Assembly (NCBI GenBank): GCA_965248355.1
Contig: OZ252098.1
Location: 2,208,001 to 2,272,000 of the forward strand
DNA: 64,000 bases
Direction of reading: 5' to 3'
DNA from: Candidatus Latescibacterota bacterium
GTDB taxonomy: Bacteria; Latescibacterota; UBA2968; UBA8231
Below, piece after piece: positions 56,595-64,000 of the stretch. Numbering within the stretch: position 1 is the stretch's first letter; the number at the start of each line of letters is the position of its first letter. A model generated the notes under the pieces. The model saw only the letters and a program-made list of their open reading frames with translations. It did not search any database and was not told the DNA's origin. The translations under genes and the position numbers were made by a program.

Positions 56595-57329
56595 CTAACA
56601 GCTCAAGAGGTCCCGCCACACTTCTGGATACTGCTTCCGAAGATTCTTAAAGGGCTCTTCTTCCCTTCCATCACGCCCAAAGAACCAGGAGGCAAGTCCA
56701 TGGTCGTCCTGATCCCTAATTCCGAGCTTGAGAGACTCCACAGCATCCTCAAAGTCACCAGTCCGAGCGTCCGAAAGGAACGCTTCCACAACGCGCACCA
56801 GATTCCTCGCGGTCTTCTTGCGTGACTCACCGATTGCCTCAATGTTGAGGGGTAAGATTTCGTCGCCGCATGTTGCCCTGCCCTTTGGGTCTTGCTCCTG
56901 ATAATCAACGAGCCATCGTGGGACCAATTGCCCTGTTGTCACATCATAGAACAGATGATCCCATGGATCATCCTTGGTGGGGTCAATGAGCAAAGGAGCC
57001 CCGCTTTGATCCAACGGAAACTGCTCTCCCTTCTGCCTGTTGCAGCCTGCACAGGCTAGAAGAAGATTGCACCAGCGGAAGGCACGTTGTGGGTACTTCC
57101 TCTTCGGCCAAAAGTGCTCGGCATCCGTGCCTCGCGAATCACCACAGTAATAGCACCGTGAACGCTCGATCATCTTCTCCAATGTGTTTCGAACGCACCT
57201 GATCGCTGTTGTCCTTCCAGCAACTTTCCACTCAATGGTGACATCGGCGCCACGCCTTACCCTCTCCTCTCGTCCCTCAAGATCCCTACTGGTAGAAGAT
57301 GGGAGGTCCAGCCTAGTAACTTTCCTCAT
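56595..57329 (-). CDS. HNH endonuclease (Septu PtuB-like)
   Basis: CYYC...EHFWPK..YP...F.WCNLLLACAGCN..K, LIDP; lower GC. Confidence 0.85.
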   Translation of the reverse strand: MRKVTRLDLPSSTSRDLEGREERVRRGADVTIEWKVAGRTTAIRCVRNTLEKMIERSRCYYCGDSRGTDAEHFWPKRKYPQRAFRWCNLLLACAGCNRQKGEQFPLDQSGAPLLIDPTKDDPWDHLFYDVTTGQLVPRWLVDYQEQDPKGRATCGDEILPLNIEAIGESRKKTARNLVRVVEAFLSDARTGDFEDAVESLKLGIRDQDDHGLASWFFGRDGREEEPFKNLRKQYPEVWRDLLSC

Positions 57330-58605
57330 CCTCAGCGATCTTCGCAAATAGAGAGAGCTGTTCAAGCTGATCCTTCTCTGAGGAGTTGAGTGGCACAGCA
57401 GCACTCTTCGCCTTCAGTTCGGCGTACTCCTTTCTGGCTCTAACCGCACGTGGGGAGCGCGTGTGCTTGAGGCCAAAAGCTGGACTGAGCAGGATCGCAT
57501 TGGGCCGACTGGCTACGAGCCTCTGTTGATCCATAGGAGCAAGCTGGAATGGCCCCAGCTCAGAACTGGGGGGTGGTAGGTGAAACACGCCCTTGTCGTC
57601 GGCAGCCTGACAGATCAGTGGGCTATGGGTTGTTACCAGAAACTGCAGATTGGGGAAGACCGTCTTCAACCAGTCACCAATCACCCTCTGCCATGAGGGA
57701 TGCAAGTGAGCATCTATCTCGTCAATGAGGACAACTCCACTGGAATCAACGTACGGCTCACCGCTTTCTCGGGGCCGAAACCCTTCAAGGCCGTAGACCT
57801 CGATAAGTTGCCGAAGCAGATCGACCAGCATCGCAATTGCGGCTCTGTAGCCGTCGCTCATGTCCTCGAGGGGTAGTACGACTCCATCCGACTGCCGAAG
57901 CTGTAGACCTTCGGAGTCCACTTTGTCAATCTGAATGCTGTGCTGGAGAAATCGATGATTCAGTAATGCGAGTACCTTCTGCAATTCCTCTTTAGCTGGT
58001 TCGTTGCCTTCGAGTTCTCGGTATTTCATCTCCCTCAGCCAAACATCGCCCTCAGCAAGCGTAGCATCCTCCCTAAACATGGTGGCAAACCTTGATACCT
58101 TACCCGGTGTGGACATAACTCGCTGCGCTTCAGGCGAATGGCCGTAAAGGCGCCTAAACGGTCCATATCCTATGCAGAACCAACCGTCAGGAGACTCTAG
58201 CCATGGACCACGGGTTGCACCCTTACCCTTCCGGAGGTACTTCTGCCCCTGGGTCACTGAGATGAGGTCTCCATTCTCCCTGCCGAGTTGAAGTTCGGAC
58301 CAGAATGCCTTGTTATAGCGACGACCTTGTGCGAATCGATCTTGGTTACCTGGAACAAGCTGAACTGCAATCGTACCCCTGTCAGCCCCCTCCCGAATCC
58401 AACCATCCAAAGACGGTTGAAGGGTGCGGCCTGACTGTGGCCCCAGTAGAGCCATGGAGACGGCCTTCAGCAAAGCTGTCTTTCCCGATGCGTTGTCTCC
58501 AGTGAATACTGTCCATCCACTGTACTCACCGTTAGACCTTTCTAGGTTGAAGTCAAGTTGCTCAAAGCCTCGGATGTCTTCGAGAACTATTCTTCTGATG
58601 TACAT
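57313..58605 (-). CDS. ABC/AAA ATPase (Septu PtuA-like)
   Basis: Walker A GDNASGKT, signature MSDGY, Walker B LIDEIDAHLHP.WQ, TTHSP; lower GC. Confidence 0.88.
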   Translation of the reverse strand: MYIRRIVLEDIRGFEQLDFNLERSNGEYSGWTVFTGDNASGKTALLKAVSMALLGPQSGRTLQPSLDGWIREGADRGTIAVQLVPGNQDRFAQGRRYNKAFWSELQLGRENGDLISVTQGQKYLRKGKGATRGPWLESPDGWFCIGYGPFRRLYGHSPEAQRVMSTPGKVSRFATMFREDATLAEGDVWLREMKYRELEGNEPAKEELQKVLALLNHRFLQHSIQIDKVDSEGLQLRQSDGVVLPLEDMSDGYRAAIAMLVDLLRQLIEVYGLEGFRPRESGEPYVDSSGVVLIDEIDAHLHPSWQRVIGDWLKTVFPNLQFLVTTHSPLICQAADDKGVFHLPPPSSELGPFQLAPMDQQRLVASRPNAILLSPAFGLKHTRSPRAVRARKEYAELKAKSAAVPLNSSEKDQLEQLSLFAKIAEDEESY

Positions 58606-58703
58606 GACGGTCTTCCTGTCCTAGTTTTGGGCGGTAAGCCCCTCAGGACCATCGAGTCCAGATTTTATGTATGGCTAGCAAAGCGGGGAAGGGGACCTCT
58701 ATC

Positions 58704-60107
58704 CTATGTCGAATTCCTTAGGTCCCTCATCTCCCCCACCCCCGCCGCTGCTTCCCTCACCACCTCTGACAGGCTCGGATGCGCATGCACCGTGCGCGCC
58801 AGGTCCTCGGCGCTGGCCCCGAACTCCAACGCCACCACCGCCTCGGCGATCAGATGCGAGGCCTGGGCCCCGAGGATGTGCACGCCCAAAAGGCGGTCGC
58901 CGCCGGCCTCGGCCACCACCTTGGCAAAGCCCTCGAGGGCGTTCATGGTGTGGGCCCGGGCGTTGGCGCGGAAGGAACAGCGGCCGGTGCGCACCTCGTG
59001 GCCGGCTTCGCGGGCCTGTTCCTCGGTGAGGCCCACGGAGGCGACCTCCGGGTGGGTGTACACCACGTTGGGGATGGCCCCGTAGTTGACGCTCGATCCC
59101 AGGCCGGCCATGCGCTCCACGGCGGCCACGCCCTCGGCCTCGGCCTTGTGGGCCAGCATCGGTCCGGGGGTGACGTCGCCGATGGCGTAGATCCCGTCGA
59201 CGCTGGTGCGGTAGTCCTCGTCGACGGTGACGAAGCCGGAGCGGTCGCGGTCGACGCCCGCCTCCTCCAGGCCGAGTCCCTCCGTGTGCGGGCGGCGGCC
59301 CACGGCCACGAGCACGTAGTCGCACTCGACGGTGGAGGTCCTTTCGCCCTTCCTGGCCTCCAGGTGCAGGCGCACGCCGGAGTCGCAGGTCTCGGCGCCG
59401 GTGGCCCGCGTCGACAGGTGGAACTTCAGGCCCTGGCGCTTCAGGGTGCGCTCCAACTGCCGGGAGATCTCGCCGTCGGCGCCCGGAAGCACCGCATCCA
59501 GGTACTCCACCACCTCCACGGCGGCGCCGAGGCGACTCCAGACCGAGCCCATCTCCAGGCCGATGGCGCCGGCGCCGATGACGGCCATGCGCGCGGGCAC
59601 GGCTTCGAGGGACAGGGCCTCCTGCGAGCTGAGGATGCGCTGCCCGTCGAAGGGCAGGTCGGGCAGCTCCACGGGCGAGGATCCGGTGGCCAGCAGCACG
59701 CGGCCGGCCTCGATCAGGCCGGCGCCTTCCACCGAGACCCGGCCGGCCGCCGCGAGACGGGCCTCGCCCTCCACGTACTCGACGCCCTTGCTCTTGAAGA
59801 GGCTGGCCACGCCCTTGGTCATGCGGCCGACGATGGCCTGCTTGTGCTTCATCATCGCCGCCAGGTCGAGGCGCAGGTCGCCGGCGAGGATGCCGTGGTC
59901 GTCGAGGCCCTCCTTCAGCTCCGCCCAGCGGTGGCTGGCCTCGAGCAGGGCCTTGCTCGGGATGCAGCCCGCCTGCAGGCAGGTTCCCCCGAGCCAGCCG
60001 CGGTCGACGCAGACCACCTTCAGGCCCAGGTCGGCGGCTCTCGCCGCCGCCGCGTACCCGCCGGGACCGGCGCCGATGACGACGAGGTCGCAGGAGCGGC
60101 CGGCCAC
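58704..60107 (-). CDS. lpdA: Dihydrolipoyl dehydrogenase
   Basis: GAGPGG, GGTCLQAGCIPSK, MLAHKA, HAHPSLSE. Confidence 0.95.
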   Translation of the reverse strand: MAGRSCDLVVIGAGPGGYAAAARAADLGLKVVCVDRGWLGGTCLQAGCIPSKALLEASHRWAELKEGLDDHGILAGDLRLDLAAMMKHKQAIVGRMTKGVASLFKSKGVEYVEGEARLAAAGRVSVEGAGLIEAGRVLLATGSSPVELPDLPFDGQRILSSQEALSLEAVPARMAVIGAGAIGLEMGSVWSRLGAAVEVVEYLDAVLPGADGEISRQLERTLKRQGLKFHLSTRATGAETCDSGVRLHLEARKGERTSTVECDYVLVAVGRRPHTEGLGLEEAGVDRDRSGFVTVDEDYRTSVDGIYAIGDVTPGPMLAHKAEAEGVAAVERMAGLGSSVNYGAIPNVVYTHPEVASVGLTEEQAREAGHEVRTGRCSFRANARAHTMNALEGFAKVVAEAGGDRLLGVHILGAQASHLIAEAVVALEFGASAEDLARTVHAHPSLSEVVREAAAGVGEMRDLRNST

Positions 60108-60109
60108 GG

Positions 60110-61453
60110 TCAGATCTCCAGGGCGAGGCGGGCGGGGTCTTCGAGAAGCTCCTTGACGCGCACCAGGAAGCGCACGGACTGCTCGCCGTCCACGAGGCGG
60201 TGGTCGTAGGTCAGGGCCAGGTACATCATGGGACGGACGACGACCTGGCCGTCGACGGCGACGGGCCGCTCCTTGATGGCGTGCATGCCGAGGATGCCGG
60301 TCTGGGGCGGCGTCAGGATCGGCGTCGACATCATCGAGCCGAAGAGGCCGCCGTTGGTGATGGTGAAGGTCCCCCCCGACAGGTCGTCGAGGGACAGCCC
60401 GCCCTCCCGGGCCCCGGCGGCGAGACGCTTGATCCCGGCCTCGATGCCGGCCATGGACAGGCTCTCGGCGCCGCGCACCACGGGCACCAGCAGGCCGCGC
60501 TCGGTGGAGACGGCGATGCCGAGGTTGACGAAGTCCTGGTAGACGACGTCGTCCCCCTCGATGCGGGCGTTGAGGGCGGGGATCTCGCGCAGGGCGATGA
60601 CGGAGGCCCGCGAGAAGAAGGACATGAGCCCGAGGGAGACGCCGTGCTTCTGCTGGAAGCGCTCCTTGTGGCGCGCCCGCAGGGCCGCAACCTCGGCCAG
60701 GTCGACCTCGTTGAAGGTGGTCAGCATGGCCGCCACCCGCTGCGCCTCGGTGAGCCGCTGGGCGATGCGCTTGCGGATGCGGGACATGGGCTCGCGGCGC
60801 TCGCCGGCGGACTCTGCGGCCGGAGCGGGACTCGGCGGTAGCGCGGGCTTCTCCTGCCGGGGCGCGGGGGGTGCCGCAGCGGGTGCGGGCACAGTCTCGG
60901 CGGGACCGCCTCCCTCGGTGGGACCGCCGTCCCCTGCGGCCTCGCGGTCCTTCAGATAGTCCAGCACGTCCTGCTTGATCAGCCTTCCGCCGCGGCCGCT
61001 ACCCTCGACGCGGGACGGATCGACGCCGCTCTCCTGCACCAGGCGGCGCACCGCCGGGCTCAGCGCGGACGGGCGCGGCGCCGGTGGACCGGTGACGCCA
61101 GCGGCGGGGCTCAGCGCCGGCGGCTCCGAAGGCGATTCCGCCGGAGGCGCCGAGTCGGCGTCCGGCGCGGGCGCCTCGGCGGACGCCCCCGCCTCGGCCT
61201 CGCCTTCGGACGGCCGCTCCCCTTCCTCGATGCGGGCGATCACGTCCCCCACGGCGATCCCCTCATCCACCTGCTTCAGGGGATGCAGCACGCCGGCCGC
61301 CGGGGCCGGCAGGTCGACGTTGGCCTTGTCCGTCTCCAGCACGCAGATCGGCTCCCCCTTCTCCACGTACTCGCCGCCGGACTTGAGCCATTCCACGAGG
61401 ATGGCCTCGCTGATCGATTCCCCCATCTCCGGCACGCCGACGTCGATTGCCAT
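60110..61453 (-). CDS. sucB: 2-oxoglutarate dehydrogenase E2 (dihydrolipoyl succinyltransferase)
   Basis: Lipoyl ETDKA, E3-binding [20 protein letters not shown]. Confidence 0.95.
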   Translation of the reverse strand: MAIDVGVPEMGESISEAILVEWLKSGGEYVEKGEPICVLETDKANVDLPAPAAGVLHPLKQVDEGIAVGDVIARIEEGERPSEGEAEAGASAEAPAPDADSAPPAESPSEPPALSPAAGVTGPPAPRPSALSPAVRRLVQESGVDPSRVEGSGRGGRLIKQDVLDYLKDREAAGDGGPTEGGGPAETVPAPAAAPPAPRQEKPALPPSPAPAAESAGERREPMSRIRKRIAQRLTEAQRVAAMLTTFNEVDLAEVAALRARHKERFQQKHGVSLGLMSFFSRASVIALREIPALNARIEGDDVVYQDFVNLGIAVSTERGLLVPVVRGAESLSMAGIEAGIKRLAAGAREGGLSLDDLSGGTFTITNGGLFGSMMSTPILTPPQTGILGMHAIKERPVAVDGQVVVRPMMYLALTYDHRLVDGEQSVRFLVRVKELLEDPARLALEI

Positions 61454-64000
61454 CAGCTGCCGCCGTCGGAGCCCGCGGCCCTCTTGGCCGACGGGGCCGC
61501 GTCGATGCGCAACTCCTTGCCGGGGTCGAGGGCCTGCTCGACGATCTCGTGCTGCTCGCTCTGGTGCTGCCCGGCGTCGCCCACGGCCGGGCTGGCCGCC
61601 TCGTCCCGGCCGACGTAGCCCAGCTCCGCCGACGCCGGCAGCAACTCGTCGATGAGGGGCTGCACGAAGTACCAGGCGCCCATGTTCAGGGCCTCCTCCT
61701 GCACCCACAGGAACTCCTCGGCCCTGGGGTAGCGGCCGATCGCCTCGGCCACCTGGGCCTCGGGGAAGGGGTAGAGCTGCTCGAGGCGCACCACGGCGAC
61801 CTCGGCGAGCCCCTTCTCCTCGCGCCGGGCGAGCAGGTCGTAGTAGATCTTGCCCGTGCACAGGATGAGGCGGCGGATCCCATCCGGCTCGGGGGTCTCG
61901 TCGTCGATGACGTTGCGGAAACCGCCGGCGGCCAGCTCGTCGATGTCGGAGACGCAGCTCTTGTGGCGCAACAGGCTCTTGGGGGTCATGACCACCAGGG
62001 GCTTGCGGAAGTTGCGGTGCATCTGCCGGCGCAGGACGTGGAAGAGCTGTCCCGGGGTGGTGGGATGGACGACCTGCATGTTGTTCTTGGCGCACAGCTG
62101 CAGGTAGCGCTCCAGGCGGGCGCTGGAGTGCTCGGGCCCCATGCCTTCGTAGCCGTGGGGCAGCAGCAGGACGAGGCCGCACATGCGGTGCCACTTGGCC
62201 TCGGCGCTGGAGATGTACTGGTCGATGACGAGCTGGGCGCCGTTGGCGAAGTCCCCGAACTGCGCCTCCCACATGACCAGGCGCCGGGGATCGGCGGAGC
62301 TGAGACCGTACTCGAAGCCGAGGACGGCCAGCTCGGAGAGCATGGTGTTGAGGACGACGAACTCCCCCTGGCGGGGAGACAGGTGCGCCAGCGGCGCGTG
62401 CCGGGCGCCGGTCTCGACGTCGTGCCAGACGGCGTGGCGGTGGGCGAAGGTGCCGCGCTGGGCGTCCTGGCCGGCGAGCCGCACGGGCACGCGCTCGAGC
62501 AGGAGACTGCCCCAGGCGAGCATCTCGGCGCCGCCCCAGTCGACGGGACGGTCGCCGGCGGCCATCTCCCGGCGGGCGGCGTTGACGCGCTCCACGGTGC
62601 GGTGCACCTGGAACCCTTCGGGCACCCGGGCGGCGAGCTCGCCGATCCGCTTGAGGGTGCGGCGGCTGACGCCGGTCTCGGCGTCCCCGTCGGGACCGGC
62701 CCAGGTCATGCCCTGCCAGATGCCGCCGAAGGTGTTGGTCCGCGGCTTCACCTTCAGGCGCCGGGCCTTCTCCTGGCAGCGATCCAGGGCCTCGCGCACG
62801 TGGACCCGCATCTCGTCCACCTCGTCGGCGGTGACCACGCCGGCCTCGGTCAGCTGCGCCGCGTAGAGGGCCGCCGCCGTGGGATGGCCGGCGATCTTCC
62901 GGTACATGCGCGGCGAGGTCAGCGTGGGGTCGTCGGCCTCGTTGTGACCGTAGCGCCGGTAGCACTTGAGGTCGATGAGGACGTCGCGCTTGAACTCCTG
63001 CCGGAAGCCGAGGGCCAGACGCGCGGCGTGCACCACCTGCTCCGGGTCGTCGGCGTTGACGTGGAAGACCGGGGCCTGGATCTGGCGGGCGATGTCGGTG
63101 GGGTACTGGGTGAACCGCGTCTCCCGGGGGGTGGCCGTGTAGCCCAGCTGGTTGTCGATGATGACGTGGATGGTGCCGCCGTTCCAGTAACCCTCCAGCT
63201 GGGCCAGGTTCAGGGTCTCGGCCACCGTGCCCTGGCCGGTGAAGGCGGCCTCCCCGTGGATCTGCAGGGGCGCCACGCGGCCCCGCTCCCGGTCCTGCAG
63301 GTAGTCCTGCTTGGCCAGCACCATGCCCTCGATGACCGGGTTGACCAGCTCCAGGTGGCTTGGGTTGGGGCTCAGGGAGAGGTGCATCTTGCGGCCGTGG
63401 GAGGTGACGAAGTCGTAGGAGTAGCCCTGGTGGTACTTGACGTCGCCCTCGTCCTCGGCCCCCTCCCCGCGGGAAGCGCCCTCGAAGTCGGCGAGGATCA
63501 CCTCGTAGGGCTTGTGCAGGATGTGGGCGAGCACGTTGAGCCGCCCGCGGTGGGCCATGCCGATGACCATCTCCTCGACGCCGAGGCCGCTGCCGCTCTC
63601 GACGAGGGCGTCCAGGAGGGGGAGCAGGGCGTCGCCGCCCTCGATGGAGAACCGCTTCTGGCCCACGTAGCGCGTGTGCAGGAAGCGCTCGAACTCCTCG
63701 GCCTCGATCAGCAGGAACAGGATGCGCCGGCGCTCCTCCGGTGAGTAGTCCAGGCGGCCGAGGATGGGCTCGACGCGCTCCTCGAGCCAGGCCTCCTGGT
63801 CCTTGTCGGAGGTCGACATGGTGTCGACGCCGAGGCTGCCGCAGTAGGTCCGGCGCAACTGGCGGATCAAGCCGGCGAGGGTGCCGTCGGTGTCGTGGCG
63901 GAAGGTGCTGGCGCCGGCGCCCTTCTCCAGGTCCTCCTCGGTGAGGCCGAACTCCGACAGCTCCAGCAGCGGATGGGAGACGGGGTCCTCGCCGAGCGGG
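61453..64000 (-). CDS. sucA: 2-oxoglutarate dehydrogenase E1 (5' partial)
   Basis: [53 protein letters not shown]. Confidence 0.96.
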   Translation of the reverse strand, partial: PLGEDPVSHPLLELSEFGLTEEDLEKGAGASTFRHDTDGTLAGLIRQLRRTYCGSLGVDTMSTSDKDQEAWLEERVEPILGRLDYSPEERRRILFLLIEAEEFERFLHTRYVGQKRFSIEGGDALLPLLDALVESGSGLGVEEMVIGMAHRGRLNVLAHILHKPYEVILADFEGASRGEGAEDEGDVKYHQGYSYDFVTSHGRKMHLSLSPNPSHLELVNPVIEGMVLAKQDYLQDRERGRVAPLQIHGEAAFTGQGTVAETLNLAQLEGYWNGGTIHVIIDNQLGYTATPRETRFTQYPTDIARQIQAPVFHVNADDPEQVVHAARLALGFRQEFKRDVLIDLKCYRRYGHNEADDPTLTSPRMYRKIAGHPTAAALYAAQLTEAGVVTADEVDEMRVHVREALDRCQEKARRLKVKPRTNTFGGIWQGMTWAGPDGDAETGVSRRTLKRIGELAARVPEGFQVHRTVERVNAARREMAAGDRPVDWGGAEMLAWGSLLLERVPVRLAGQDAQRGTFAHRHAVWHDVETGARHAPLAHLSPRQGEFVVLNTMLSELAVLGFEYGLSSADPRRLVMWEAQFGDFANGAQLVIDQYISSAEAKWHRMCGLVLLLPHGYEGMGPEHSSARLERYLQLCAKNNMQVVHPTTPGQLFHVLRRQMHRNFRKPLVVMTPKSLLRHKSCVSDIDELAAGGFRNVIDDETPEPDGIRRLILCTGKIYYDLLARREEKGLAEVAVVRLEQLYPFPEAQVAEAIGRYPRAEEFLWVQEEALNMGAWYFVQPLIDELLPASAELGYVGRDEAASPAVGDAGQHQSEQHEIVEQALDPGKELRIDAAPSAKRAAGSDGGS

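Noticed and set aside
56500..58703. Retron associated with the ATPase-HNH pair
   Set aside because: No reverse transcriptase (YADD) gene in the window and little room for msr-msd
33760..58703. Single integrative island anchored at tRNA-Leu
   Set aside because: No active integrase and no duplicated tRNA 3' end found; the region looks like a mosaic of separate events
1..64000. CRISPR array or cas genes
   Set aside because: No regularly spaced repeats or Cas motifs seen by eye

Overview
High-GC Gram-negative bacterial chromosome segment. The gene content (Omp85/PD40 protein, TPR-ExbB-ExbD-ExbD-TonB, DUF5777/YceI, PhyH-HEAT, rny-ymdB) suggests an FCB-group lineage such as Latescibacterota; this is inference only. 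Positions 1-33.8 kb are mostly housekeeping: rpmI-rplT-pheS-pheT-zapB-like-zapA-rny-ymdB-xseA-xseB-CDP-alcohol phosphatidyltransferase, surE, ECF sigma-accD-bioY, a TonB system, nrdR-nrdJ with NrdR boxes, map, topA, pheA, tRNA-Cys and tRNA-Leu(UAA). From the tRNAs to about 58.7 kb lies an accessory and partly decaying region. It holds catabolic oxidoreductases, HipBA, an IS3-family element that splits a small gene, an XRE pseudogene, an NAD salvage operon, a HARE-HTH/Mrr nuclease, a lipoprotein-YceI-DUF5777 cluster and a low-GC Septu-like ATPase+HNH pair. The window ends in sucA-sucB-lpdA. The most unusual observation is a full-length XerC-like ORF, coupled to topA through a CTG start, that has selectively lost its catalytic K, H, H and Y residues (candidate pseudo-recombinase). 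No CRISPR array or rRNA was seen. All calls come from reading motifs by eye; no database searches were run.
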